Of a DNA stretch of 64,000 nucleotides, positions 1-13,937 are shown piece by piece. This stretch comes from Owenia fusiformis (taxonomy: Eukaryota): positions 48,980,001-49,044,000 of the forward strand of contig CAIIXF020000001.1 of the NCBI GenBank assembly GCA_903813345.2, read 5' to 3'. The number at the start of each line of letters is the position of its first letter. Positions within the stretch are counted from its first letter, which is position 1. The translations under genes were made by a program, and so were the position numbers. The notes under the pieces were generated by a model. The model was not told the DNA's origin and did no database searches. It saw only the letters and a list, made by a program, of their open reading frames with translations.

Positions 1-813
1 TTTTTTACAAGTCAGCTCCGTTCAATTGTCATGCAAAACTCAGTTTATTATTTATTATCTACAGTTGTTAGCTGCTCTTCATGTTTCATTAGTTAATTCC
101 ACTCAATTGTCGTGCCAAACATGTTCCAGTGCTTTATAAGCTATAATTATCTACATGATATAAAAGCATCTTTTCAAGACTAATTATTACTACGAACAAA
201 TGACATTCAATACCTCTTCCCAAATAATATCTTCTCATCATAAACACTATCAACATCGTTGTCGCCATTGTTACACTCGTTATATTGAACCTGAACCTGA
301 TACGACTTTGATACATTTACCGAAGAGTACATAGAAAAAGACAAATATTTTTATAAACCCTAGAGATACATATATCGAAAGATATACAGGACTCTCTAGG
401 ATGTAACCAATGTGAACGTTCAAGATAAGTTTCACTTTCATAAATATATTGAAATACATACAAGAGCAATGAATCCGAGTTAGCCTGAGTCAATTGTCAG
501 AGATAAAAGATTGCTTCAAGGACAACGTATTTCCAAAAATTAGTTTCTGAGTTCACACTCCGTATTATAATCCTAATATCATTAGATCGTTTTGAGTATA
601 GACATCACTTCAAGACAAACAATCACAATATTTAGATATACCTCAAGCAACAAATCGTATTAACGTCGTCATCATCATGAGCACCATCAGTCATCGTTGT
701 TGCCAGAGTTATCGTCGTCATCTTGCACCTGAAAGTACAGTAATACATGTATGTAGGGATAAAGGAATTTTTCAGATAAGCCTTAATTAAGCTGTTTCCT
801 CCTGTTCATCCTG

Positions 814-3142
814 CAATTGTTTTGATGAGTTCAAATGATGAAACATATATTTCTGCATACGTTTTCACTTGTTGAGCACTTGTCAACATTACCATTTACT
901 TATTATTGAGGGGTTTAACAGGGGTCCACAAAAATTTTAAAATATTAGATTTTGATATTCTTGAAGTTTACAACGGATTATATACTTATGAATCGGATTT
1001 TGGGAAGATTATTAGCATGACATATTGATTTTATCTGTTTAATTGAAAATAAGATCGTCTGTCTGATTATATTTTGCATTCAAAATGATTAAAAATAATT
1101 GTTCCATTAAGTTCACTTTCTTTTAACATCATCTTGTTTTTTGTTGATCCGTCAATTGTTTTGATATATCTAAATGATAAAACATATATTCCTACATACG
1201 TTTTCACATGTTGAGCACTTGTCAACATTACCATTTACTTATTATTGAGGGGTTTGACAGGGGTCCACAAAAATAAAAAATATTAGATTTTGATATTCTT
1301 GAAGTTTACAACGGATGAATCTGTTTTTGGGAAACTTATCAGGATGACCTATTGATTTTATCTGTTTAATTGAAAATAGGATTGTTTGTCTGATTATATT
1401 TTACATTCAAAATGATTAAAAATAATGGTTCCATTTAGTTCACTTTCTTTTAACATCATCTTGTTTTTTGTTGATCCGCCAATTGTTTTGATATGTTTAA
1501 ATGATAAAACATATATTACTACATACATTTTCACCTGTTGAGGACCTGTCAACATTACCGTTTACTTATTATTGAGGGGTTTAACAGGGGTCAACAAAAA
1601 TATTAGATTTTGATATTTTTGAAGTTTACAACAGATTATCTACTCATTAATCGGCTTTTAGAAAGTTTATTATCCCATCGAACGAAGTTCAGTAGGGATA
1701 GAGTGAAGCCCTCCGTCCGTCAGTCAGTCAGACAGTCAGTCCATCCGTCCGTCTGTCCGGAAGATAACTTGAATACTAGTACACAGATTTTCTTCATATT
1801 TGGTGGAAAGATGTATATTGGTGAATAGTTATACGCAAAAAAAATTTCAAGATGGCCGCCAGTTTAAAAATGGCGGGAATTTTTCGAAAAAATCTTATGT
1901 TTTTCATTTTAAACCAAAATAAGAAACATTATTATTTAAAATATTGGTAGTATATCAACGGTATCTATCTATTTCACATATATCCTGGATTTTTCACCCT
2001 GACTCCCAGGGGCCGTAAATGGGGGGGGGGGGGGGGTTGGGAAACTCACATTTGCATTAATTTTGAGATGTTTTTGAAGTTTAGCTTTATTATACTCAAA
2101 TGAAAGGCAATTTAGAGTAGATTGCAAATATTGTAGCGTTTTTCTGATTCGGGCCTCAAAAAATTCAAAATGGCTGTCTAATGCGGGATTTTGCAATTAT
2201 TTCTGATCTCTTAAAAGTATGGCTACATTATACTCAAATTGAAGGAATTTCAGAGTAGATAACAATGATGGCAGTGTTTTTCGGATTTGTGCCTCTGAAA
2301 ATTCAAAATATCCGACTAGAGCAGATATTCAACATTACTTAGAGTCATCTTTAAAGTATGGATACAATGATCTAAAATATTTATTGAAGGAAAGAGTAGA
2401 TGGTAAATATTACATTGTGACTGTACAGATTGATGATTTATATGGTGTTCGTTGGGCTACTCCGTGAAGTTGCCATTTTCTAATTAGTATGACGTATTGA
2501 TCTTATCTGTTTAATTGAAAATAAAATCGTCTATCTGATTATATTGTGCATTTAATATGATTAAAAACAATGATTCCATTTACAGTTCATTTTCTTTTAA
2601 CATCATCTTGTTTTTTGTCCGGCAATTGTTTTGATGTTTAAATGATAAAACATATATTCTTATATACATTTTCACCTGTTGAGGACCTGTCAACATTACC
2701 GTTTCCTTATTATTGAGGGGTTTAACAGGGGTCAACAAAAATATTAGATTTTGATATTTTTGAAGTTTACAACAGATTATCTCCTCATTTATCGGCTTTT
2801 GTAAAGTTTATTAGTATGACATATTGATTTTATCTGTTTAATTGAAACTAAGATCGTCTGTCTGACTATATTTTGCATTCAAAATGATAAAAAATAATAG
2901 TTCCATTTAGTTCACTTTATTTTAACATCATCGTGTTTAATCGTTGATCCGCCAATTGTTAAATGATATGTTTAAATGATAAAACATATATTCCTACATA
3001 CGTTTTCATCCGTTGAGGACCTGTCAACATTATCGTTTACTTATCATTGAGGGGTTTAACAGAGGTCCATAATAATAAAAAATATTAGATATTGACACTT
3101 TTGAAGTTTACAACGAATTATCTACTTATGAATCGGCTTTTG
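814..3142. repeat. About 330-bp tandem repeat, about 5 units, interrupted by a HINE-like element
   Basis: Unit CAATTGTTTTGAT..GTCAACATTACC..GAGGGGTTTAACAGGGGTC.. starts near 814, 1153, 1480, 2623 and 2953. Confidence 0.9.
1669..2483 (+). mobile_element. Non-autonomous Helentron-associated element (HINE/DINE-1-like)
   Basis: 5' ATCCCATCGAAC, (CCGT/CAGT)n microsatellite, internal repeats, 3' GTTCGTTGGG plus hairpin. Inserted in a T-rich site of the tandem repeat. Near-copy at 27352. Confidence 0.8.
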
Positions 3143-3439
3143 CATTCAAATTATAATCTAAGATGAATTAATAATGTATTCGCGCTATTTATAAAATTGG
3201 ATTTTAACATCAATAAAGCATATGATATGATGTGGGGTGAAAGGATATATGATTTTTGCGATACAGGCTATCTCTGCAAGCACATAACTTTAGTAATATA
3301 TTATTTTATTTAGTAGAAAATAGACTATCCCATGAGGCAATGCTAGAACCCGAACGCTCTATATTGAAATTAATAAATACCGCCTCGCCCAATATTTTTT
3401 TCTCAAATAGGTATTCTGCCATATCAAGCTCCTGATCAT

Positions 3440-3682
3440 CCAGTATTTGTTTAATATTGCCTGCAGAAATGAGGTTATTAGTATTACCACAGTTAATGCC
3501 CAGGGCTGAAATAGCATGTCATTTCCCGGGGAAAATTGCCGGGCGTTAATGCATAATTGGCCCGCAACTATGGCCCGCCACTATGACGTCACATATTGCT
3601 CAGATCGATAAAGTAACATAAATGCCTTCTAAAATAGCACAAATACCCCTATAACATTCCCGGCTAGGTGGTAATAATAGTA
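3440..3682. mobile_element. Uninterrupted partial copy of the 6738-7485 element (inverted)
   Basis: Shares TATGGCCCGCCACTATGACGT, ATAAATGCCTTCTAAA and GGTGGTAATAAT in reverse complement. Confidence 0.6.
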
Positions 3683-5002
3683 ATTGATCTGAGTACTATC
3701 CACAAAAATATTCATCTTTTTGAATTTGACTTGAATTAAATCTTCAATAAATGAAAATCTGAACCATTTTAAGATATTCGAAAAATTCAGAAACTGCAAA
3801 TAATTCAATTATAACTATTTAAAACAATTTAAATTGCTAGGATATGATAATAACCTTAAAAAGTAAACATTTGATTAGTTATACCAATCATTGTGATTTT
3901 AGAGCCCAAATGTTATCTCGTTTTACAGTTTCAATTTTATAAATCTTCTTGCTGTCAACGTTTTTATAATACTCTACACTTATTTAGTGCCTGTTTATAA
4001 TGATACCGACATCATTGTAATATTGAAATCATATAAGTAATAAAGATCCCCAAATGGAGGTCAATGCCCCCCCCCCATTTGACATGGCCTTATACGAATT
4101 AGGTTGTAGACATCAGGATGAAACCTGTTTTTATGATTTATACACCTTAATGATGTAATTTAATCGTAACAATGTACTAGCTTTCCATCTAAGAACTATC
4201 CGGAAAAATATTTAATTTTCGTAAAATAGACCCCTGCTGAAATCGTTCATAAATGAAGTTCTGTAACCTTGTATGGTGCACAAAAATTCATGAATGGTCA
4301 ATGATATAATCCTAACTAACAAAAGCAAATTAAAAACATAAGGCTGTAAAAATAAGTTTTAAAAAATTATACAGTGTTTGATGAGTTATACCCCCCACTG
4401 TGAACTTGGATTCCATTTTGATCTAAATTTTCAGTTGAAATTTTACATTATGCTCTTGATATATAATAATTCATACTTTTTGCACTTATTTATTATCTAT
4501 TCACAAGAAATCTTTTAAAATGATTATTTCTTTAAAAAATGGACCCCTGCTTAAATCTCAAATAAATGATAAATGGTAATGTTGTGTGGTTCTCAACAAG
4601 CAATTCCATATTCAGTGATATTAAATCTATCAATATAATCTATAAAAATGATTGCAACTTGAACAGGAGGTAATTTTAAAATTATTGTCAATTCCTTTAA
4701 CACTAATGTGTGCACACCATCTTCTCTTCAACTTGCATGCATTACCGACAACATTTGCATAATTTCAAACAGGCCTCGGTTCTGCTAAAAACTCCTGCCA
4801 AAGAACCCTACCTATTCGATCAAATTGGACTTATACATGTTAATACGTATAGCCTGTAAAATAATATAGCTCGTTAAAACTCAATCAACCAATGTTCTTT
4901 TGAGATAATGAGGATGGTGTCGAAGAAAAAAAATAATTAAAAAATATCGGACACAGATAAGACACAAATAAAATCATCGATAATCAAACTGAAGAGGTTT
5001 TA

Positions 5003-6077
5003 CAGGGCGTTCAATAAGTACTGATAAAAATGCTGTAACTTTTTATTTTTTCAGATATCTAACTAATCATTTTAGTGTGGATCGTTGAGTAATATACAGT
5101 GTGTCTAAAAAAATATGTTACACTTACAAAAAGTTCAATATCTTTCATAATTTTGATTTTTCCCCTAAAACATACTTTGGATATCAAAAGACAAATCTTT
5201 CTCGAATAATTTGACACCATCGAATTCAAAATCATCAAAATGAAAATTGTTCCTCAGTCAATTGTTTGCGCACAAACTTGTCACAAATCAATGTCATTTC
5301 TAAATCATTATGAATAAAATGATGCGTGCAACCAAAATTTGAATTAGTCATGTCTGCAATTTTTCTGATAGGAATTCATTCAATAAGTATATTGCATCAA
5401 TCTGACTATGGGAAGTTACAGCTTTTGGTCACTCCTGTCTGGATTCATCTTCAACTGACTTTCTCCCTATTTGAAATAGCAGAACCAATGATATATGCCA
5501 GGGATAGATATAGTGTCCTCCCCAAAACCTTCATTAATGTCCTTTGTTGCATCCTATTTTGATTAACTTATGGTTGCATGTATATAGAACCTGACGCTGC
5601 TTCTAATTTGATGAATATCATTGATATATTCTGTTCAGCAGCCATGTTAGGTGATGCCAAGGTATCTTAGTACCAGTGTGTATTACCCAACTGTCAAAAT
5701 CGATTCAAAATAAAATTATGAATGAAACTGTTCACATTTGAAGTGGTTCTTTTGAAAAGATTTTCGTGCAGATCTAAACCACGGCGAACCATCTTAGGCT
5801 CCATCCAGTACCACCTTCCTGTTAGAGTGCACTTCCTTGATGCCAAGGTATCTTAGTATTATATTATGAAAATGTTCACATTTGAAGTGGTTCTTTTGAA
5901 AAGATTTTCGTGCATGTCTAAACCACAGCGAACCATCTTAGGCTCCATCCAGTACCACCTTCCTGTTAGAGTGCATTCTTGTAATTCTCACAGCACAATA
6001 CTCAACAACGTTCAGTAGAAAAGTTAGTCAGAAATATAAAAAAATTCAGCAATTTTATCAGTATTTATTGAACGCCG
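5003..6077 (-). mobile_element. Decayed, internally deleted mariner element
   Basis: TA flanks. TIR CAGGGCGTTCAATAAGTACTGATAAAA vs TTTTATCAGTATTTATTGAACGCCG. Minus strand 5646-5250 reads with stops and frameshifts MAAEQ..EGFGEDTISIPGIYHWFCYFK..IPIRKIADMTNSNFGCTHHFIHNDLEMTLICDKFVRKQLTEEQ, which aligns by eye to the N-terminus of the 53057 transposase. Confidence 0.8.
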
Positions 6078-6737
6078 TATATAGCTCTAATATGCAATAT
6101 TTAGGCCTCTTGGATATAATCGCCTTTTTAAAAATCGCTTAAAATACTTCCTTGCTGACGTCCTTATTTTCGAAGACGAACACTAATCCAAATTGTTAAA
6201 ACAAGGGTTCCTAAATACGTAGGAGTTTTTACATGATTTATAAAGATTTTGGTTACATCTAGATAAGTATATTAAGCCTATACCGAGTTATATATTATAA
6301 TTTCGATAACCAGAACCACTACAAATGTCAAAATAAATTCTATGAATAAAAAATGATGATCAACTTTGTGTTTGTGAAATACCATGAACCACAAAATACC
6401 ATAAACGCGGATAAATGATTAGTTTTGCGCTTAGATACATATTGAATTGAATAAAAATACTCAATCGGCCGGGCGTCGTAGTAAATATCGGAGCAATGTG
6501 ACCACGGTATTACCAGGCCTGTTCTAGGGGTATAAGTGCTAGTTTAGAAGGCATTTATTTAAGGAATAAAGACCGATATTTTATAATTTATGGCGCAATG
6601 TATGACCAAAAATTATATTTTACTCATTGTTAAAAGACCGAAATCGCGTAGCAATTGCCAGAATAAAATCTGAGGTCATATATTTGACATTAATCATGAA
6701 ATCAATTCTAATATGATAGACAGACAAGAAAAACAAT

Positions 6738-7485
6738 TATTACCACCTTACCGGTCCTATTCTAGGGTTATGAGTACTAGTTTAGAAGGCATTTATTTTA
6801 CTATATCAACATGAGCAGTTACGTCATAGTGGCGGGCCATATTGCCGGTCAATAAATAAGGGTTATGTACTGGGAGGTTTTGGATATGGGGTTTATCCAG
6901 AGGGAGATATGCATATCTACCTGAGGGACCGTAGGGACTGATGGTAGATGTGCATATCTCACGAGGGATGAACCCAATATCCAAATCGACCGTACATAAC
7001 TGCTTTATCCTATACCAAGTAGAGTTTTCAGGAGCATATGGCCATTTCAATAGTACAAGGTGTGAAAATAAACAAATCATTCATATGCAAAGTCATTTTA
7101 TTGCATTACCGGAAGCGGGAAGATATGCACCGGAAGCGGGAAGATATGCACCGAAGCGGGAGATATGGCGGGAGATTTGGAGGTTCTGGATATGGAAACC
7201 TCAAAATCAGGATACGGGATATATATTACCAACTTATCTCCCTAAAACTCTACTTGGTATAGGATAATGCATTTTACAATCGGCAATTTTCCCCAAGAAA
7301 TTAGATATCGTTCAGCGCGTAAGGTTTTCTTGCTATTTCAGCTCTGGTCATTAACGGTGGTAATACTCGTATTAACGTCATTTCTGCGAGCAATATAGAA
7401 AAATATTGGACCTTGGGCCTTCGGCCTTCGGCGCTCAATCCAATATTTCAGTATATTGCCCTTCGAAATGACGTTATTGTACTAC
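6738..7485. mobile_element. Host double-hairpin element, interrupted by 6853-7267
   Basis: 6738-6852 joined to 7268-7400 matches the reverse complement of about 3440-3680. Terminal hairpin about 7372-7478. Confidence 0.65.
6853..7267. mobile_element. Double-hairpin non-autonomous element (Crypton-like by structure), nested in a related element
   Basis: Hairpin 1 GTTATGTAC..GTACATAAC (about 6860-7000). Hairpin 2 TTATCCTATACCAAGTAGAGTTTT..AAAACTCTACTTGGTATAGGATAA (7005-7267). Partial inverted copy at 32588-32840. Confidence 0.7.
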
Positions 7486-7817
7486 TCTTTGTATTTATAA
7501 ATTTTGACGGCCATACATATTCCAATAAAGACCATTAATTCAATTGTTGTAGCTATTGTGACTTCACGTATCGTATTAGAATTTACTATATCGACTTGAC
7601 CAGTATGTGGAAATAAGATGAAATGACGTTATTAGTACTATTCAACTTAGTTTAGCAGAAATCGGTAGTTTTTCGAAAACGAAAGAATGTCGGCAACTAT
7701 CTTGAATGAAGCTACAGTCAAAACAGAAATGTTTGGGACTACTTTGAATTTAAAACTAAGCAATCAAATGACCATATTGAAACAGTTTATGTAAAAATCC
7801 TATACAGACCAGTTTAA

Positions 7818-8217
7818 GGTACAGCTGGAAAGTAACATTTTGGTAAAAAATTGCTAGTATATAGCTGCACATGTTATTTTCTGCTACAAAATTAAGTATG
7901 AAGTCATGTGTGTATTTCCTTGCTTTTTTCAGGAAAGGACCATTACACTGTCTATTTTTAGTAAACCTGGAAACAGGTCAATGATAGTTCCTGTGTTGTC
8001 TGAAAACTTTGAAAGAAAAATAGAAAGTGTGAAATATCGGAATGTCCTGGAGTTCCCATTGAACTCCTACCAGATATTCTAAAAGAAGACAATGTAATGA
8101 TACTTTCCTGAAAAAAGCAAGGAAATTGACACATGCCTTCATACTTTATTTTGTACCAGAAAATAACATGTGCAGGTATAGAAATTTTTTACCAAAATGT
8201 TACTTTCCAGCTGTACC
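7818..8217. mobile_element. Palindromic MITE, TTAA-type (Kolobok-like)
   Basis: TTAA|GGTACAGCTGGAAAGTAACATTTTGGTAAAAA ... TTTTTACCAAAATGTTACTTTCCAGCTGTACC|TTAT. Arms about 170 bp. Confidence 0.8.
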
Positions 8218-11200
8218 TTATGACGTTTTCATCTGGGGTTTTGTTGTGACTTATTCCGTCCCTATTAATAAATGGAGGGCATCAATGATAACAACTCTCA
8301 ACCAATATGCTCTAATTTACTTGACCCACACAAAAGCAATATCCAAAAACAATTATGTATATCATGATATCATGAGAGGTACGAGTGGTCGCACTTTATA
8401 CGACCTTTCAAACGTTATTGGGGGGGGGCATACTCACTCTTGATTTGTGAAGTGCCAGCTTTCAGAAGCATCACAGACAACTGTAGCCTTTCCCGTCTTG
8501 GGTCGGTCGCTTTTGTTTTTGGGTACGTTGCTGAGACTTATTAGTCCTGACGCATTTGTTATAATATGTTTCTAAATTCAACTGTGCTTCAAGTACGAGG
8601 CTGAACACGGAAACCGATTCTGTACAAGTGTAAGTTCAATTCACTCCAGGTGTGAGTGTATTCAGTTGTTATATGTTACGTACATATTCATTGATGCATG
8701 CTAAATGTTCGAGCTTGTTCGGTCAACCTGTCCTTGAATGTAATACATACTGTATAATCATTGTGAACATAAAAACTCTTTTAGTCTTTAGTGTCCTAAA
8801 CATTGTACCCCTAATTAACAAAACATTCTAGATTCTATGAGCATGTATTTTTGAAGTTATTGATTATATCAATCATACGAGTGTACGAAATAAACGTACA
8901 GTATCAAACAAAAAGCATCCATCGTTGACACACACATTCCGTGAACTCTATACGATACTCAAATTAATCAATTTGATGCTTCAAGCAAGGTTGACATATA
9001 GAGATTTTGTTGGGACCGCCCTCAGTGATGTTTCAATACTAATATTATCTAAACGATGTTCAATCAACAAAGACCATATCAATATGTTTCTTTTCTGGAA
9101 TATATTGATGGCAATTTCTTTCCCAATTTGTATATTACCTTGAAGTTAATTATGTCTGAAATCTGACAAAAAGTGTGAGGCGTATTTTTCATACGCTCTC
9201 TACATCTTTCACATTTACACAAAGAGTACACTAAAGGTAACCAGAAAAGAGCGTAGTGAACGTTTTGGATATTTTTATATATATAAAAATTGGAAAATAA
9301 AGTAGCCGACTTATTTTTTATTTTTAAAAAGTAAGTCACTGGAGTTTCTCGTTTTCATACATTTTATAAACGAAATATTGTCCACACTCTTTTCTCGCTA
9401 CAGTCTTTTCTCGCTACAGTCTTTATGCAAAACTGAAAGTTGTAGACAACATTGGAAAGAGGTCCATATTTGAAAGTAATGTGTGGCTTTGTTAAAATTA
9501 GACTGAAAAAAAATTCCCAAAAAACACATCTACCTTAAAGTTGCTTGAGAGATTAAGAAAGTGTTTCCATGACTAACTTGGGGTCTGTTTTGAGAGAAAG
9601 TCCCTGAAATTAGAAATTCACAAAAATCGAGGGGATCACATTCTGCTCAATTTTGTTCATGACATTGCTAATGCGCATAAACATTACTAAGTACACCATG
9701 CAACACCGTTGTGTTACAATGTAGGTACATACAATTAATGTAGTTACGTGTACAATACATAATACAACTCAATATCTTTAACGAGCAGGTTAGACTCTTC
9801 CATACTTTTTTAAAAACTTTTCAAAAGCAGTACTAGTTTTAATATGTATTCAGTCATAAATCACGTCAACACAACCAACGTGCAATATTTTGACAGACGT
9901 TGTCACCCATTAATGCCTAAACCTGTCATGAGCACGTACAATCAAAATAATTGTGCGTCAATCAAGCCGTGAAAATAAGCAACCAATAACAAAATATAAG
10001 AAAGCCAAAGATACATTGTATTTGTAAAAAAGGGAACGTTACATAATGTCAGGTTCATATTTGCTGCGATTCATCGGTCGGCCCTCGGCCGATTGAGTAT
10101 TTTGTTTCAAACAAATACAATTTTGAACATAACACTCAATCGGCCAGACACCTATGTGACCCAGGCATAACGTGGGCTAATTGTCACGAAATGGTTGTTC
10201 TAGCTAACTGTGATATAAATGCTGATTGCATATATTTTGTAATCTCTCAATTTATAACATGTTAGGCTATGTCAGATATGTGTGAGCGTAAAATATTAAA
10301 TCGACTCCTGTATGATATATAGGTCACGTCTCACAAGGCTTATACCTTATCTCAAATCCAGCCTTTAAATTGAAACAACTTTTACAAATATTTGAGGAAA
10401 AATTCGGTATGCAGCTTTTACAACATGTGCTCGACCCTTACTGCTGTACAAATTGAAGTGCGGTGTTTCTGCTTGCAATGGGTGTATGCCTACATGCATT
10501 AAAAACTGTTGTACATTGTAGGGAGAAGTGTTAGTTTAAACAAGTCAGTCAATGGAAGTACTAGTGCTGTAACTCGACTAAAAACAAGCCATTATAATTA
10601 CAAATAAAATTCATCTATGGTCATTACCCCATAACAAATCGTGGGAATACTAAAATAAATTGAAATGTATCAGGTCTTATCACTATACAAGAAATGTATT
10701 TTATTGCGTTTGAGTCACGTAGTACGAATTAGCAAGAAAATGATTTCTATTTGGTCGTTTAACGTTATGAAAATAGAACGGTAATTGTAAATGCAGTATT
10801 ACTGAGTGAACGGTGTATGTATTAGTGAATAAGATCACTTCGGCTCTAAGCGGCGAGATAAACTAAGTCTATGTCTTTAAAATGTTTATGAAAACTTTTC
10901 GGACAAACCTTTTCCTTATAACCTCAATTGTTGAGGATTTCAAAGATTTTTAGCATCATGTTCTCAACAGAATAATAATGGGCATTAATGAATTTGTGAT
11001 GCTAAAGATAGAAAAGGTTTTACAGGTGGTCGGAAAGTTTTTGATTTTGAAATGAGATTTGTTATTACTATATTATCGAGAAAGCTTATCAATTGTCCAT
11101 TATAAACATTTTTGTATATTGTCCAGCGGCGACACAGCCGCAGAGCCACATTTTGGCAACCAGCATGTATATATGATAACATTATTGTATGTAAATAATA

Positions 11201-12930
11201 CACTCGGTTTTTCTGCAGCAGCCGCAGAGCCACATCCTAGTTAATGTTATGTTTCTTAAGTGAAGGTTAGAATAGAAATCTCAATACTTAACTTGAAAGG
11301 CGACTACGTCAACCGCAGATCAATTTACTCCCCAGTCACATTTGTCGCACAGCGGCCGTAAGTAGACCGCAGATCAATTATATCAGTGAAGGGAAGCCGT
11401 AGATTTTATAACTCGGAATTACAATATTTGTTAATTTCTGCGGTCCCCGTAGAAATCAACAGGCCGTACGTAGCCAGACCGCATAAAGGTCATTTCATTG
11501 CAATCCGTTCAAATCGTTAGCTACAAAAATTGATTGACTAAAACGTATGATACATAAATGAGAGCTAAGAAAAAAGCGCAAGAAAAAACAGTGAAATGTA
11601 CTTGAAGTGGCGATTGTGTTTTCTGCTTACCAGTTACCCAGCTCTAATAGTGCGATATAAGGTGACTTGATTATGCAGATGAGAAGACCCCATTGGTTTC
11701 CCGGTCAAACAATCAAAACAGACGGGGACAAGCTTTGTTTGAACTGTTACTATATCAAGTATTTCTTAACGTTTCGTGACCAGAAATCCACTTAACTATA
11801 GGGAATATATTCCGTTATAAAGATAGATTGTTTTCACTTACCAATCATTCACTAACATGTGCTGTCATATTCAGCTCTGGCATTCATGTCAAAAGGGGGA
11901 AGGGTAACCCCCACACTGAATAAATTCAAAGTTCGCGCACCCTTCTTTTTCATTGATGATAGAACAGTTTACGATAAAAGGCCGAACGCAGAAAACATTG
12001 AAATTACGAACGCGGTACGTTCGGGGTATTTCTCTCGGCCTTGGAATTACTCAAGAAAAATATACCATCCATAGACGACATGCAACGACATCTAATTTTC
12101 GTCGAGTGAATCATTTCCAAAAATAATCAATTTTAAGAGAAAATTGCACATAATGGTTTTGCGAGACGACCTCTATCTAACACAAGTAAAATTCTACTAA
12201 AGAGATCGCTCAAAAATATTGAAAAAATGAAACCATTTTTCTCATCAATTTTAAGACATACTTCTCATGGATCGAATCACGATTTCTTTAGAGAAAATAA
12301 GACTTTGCTTTATTATGTGGTTACGATATATGTTATTTTGCTGCTTAAAAAACGTTAAGTCAATCTATTTACGCACTGAAAAACGGTACAAAATATAAGA
12401 TGGAATTTCATCGCTTCGCCAAAAAAGTTCTACAAAATGCGTTTTTCATGATTCAACAATAATATTTTAGAATATAAAAATTCATCACACCTCCGATATT
12501 GTCTGAAAATTCCATAATGATCGTGTAGAAAATAAAAAAGTTGTACTCATCTAAAAAGCTCTCTCTATCGAGCCTCTTCTTTTGGGAGACAAATATCAGA
12601 TATGAGGTGATAAATAAGGAATAGGCCAAATGGGTATAACATTGACACCATTTCCTTTCAATTTGGGGTAACTACAAGGTATGAGCTAACTTCAACACTT
12701 TGTTGTTTATTTGCTCTAATTTTCAATCTAGAGGGAAGCCTTATGGATCGAAATCTCACAAGATTTCTATTTATTCGCAATCAAATATGGCGGAAAAGGA
12801 AAATTCTAATTTGTAACAGTTAGTATCTGACCTATCTGAGTTACCCTTACTTCCTGCGAAAGCTATGTGGATTTTGATATAATAGCTTTCCCATGGCGCA
12901 CTTGTACAGCTGAATAATAATGACCTTTAA

Positions 12931-13937
12931 GGCGACGCTATATTAAATAAAAAGTACAAAAAATGACTGCCATATTTTTTTGATAAAGACACATGTTTTT
13001 AAAATCTGTTTACCTTGTATATGAATTGTGTATCTTGACTAATGAAACATGTCAAAGTTAACATCACACATAAACGCATTTTTCCAAACTATGAATTGGA
13101 GGTGCATGGATCCCCAAAGCTAGCATGAAGAGTGCGAAGTGAGGCTAATTTTTGAAAGTTTCAAGGAGTAGCCTTGCAACAGTCACACATTTGCAAGAGT
13201 CTAAAATTTCCACAAATCATCTTACCTTACCAAGGAACAACGAAGGAGCACGAAAATGTGTACTTCTTGCATTGTTAGAGTATAATAAAGCTCAAACCAT
13301 TGTGAATTCTAAATATTTCATGTCCACCATTTTGTTTCCTGGAACTATTTTTTAGTCCAGAGTTATCTTCATTCATGTTTCCATTGTTTAGCATTCATAA
13401 AGCCTCTATCATGTATCTATCATGATAATTACACTGTAATAGATAAAACATACAAGTGATAATCCATGCCACTTGGTGTAGTCACAAAACTTGCATGAGG
13501 ATTAATCAGGAAGTCTAGAAGTAGTTCCAGCAAACAAAATATGGACATGAAATATTTGGAATTTACAATGGTTTGAGGTTTATTATACTCTAACAATGCA
13601 AGAAGTGCACATTTTCATGCTCCTTCGTTGTTCCTGGGAAAGGTAAGATGATTTGTGGAAATTTTAGACTCTTGCAAATGTGTGACTGTTGCAAGGCTAC
13701 TCCTTGAAACTTTAAAAAATTAGCCTCACTTCGCACTCTTCATGCTAGCTTTGGGGATCCATGCACCTCCAATTCATAGTTTGGAAAAATACGTTTATGT
13801 GTGATGTTAACTTTGACATGTTTCATTAGTCAAGATACACAATTCATATACAAGGTAAACAGATTTTAAAAACATGTGTCTTTATCAAAAAAATATGGCA
13901 GTCATTTTTTGTACTTATTATTTAATATAGCGTCGCC
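12931..13937. mobile_element. TTAA-flanked foldback element (Kolobok-like, non-autonomous) with about 425-bp TIRs
   Basis: TTAA at 12927-12930 and 13938-13941. Termini GGCGACGCTATATTAAAT / ATTTAATATAGCGTCGCC. Arms about 12931-13356 and 13514-13937 are nearly identical. Confidence 0.88.

Noticed and set aside
4690..4812. Cys-rich minus-strand fragment (TEACLKLCKCC) resembling a transposon CXC tail
   Set aside because: Too short and interrupted by stops to support a call.
6941..7267. PEAGRYA-repeat ORFs (also 32588-32922)
   Set aside because: They arise from 21-bp internal repeats of a non-coding mobile element.
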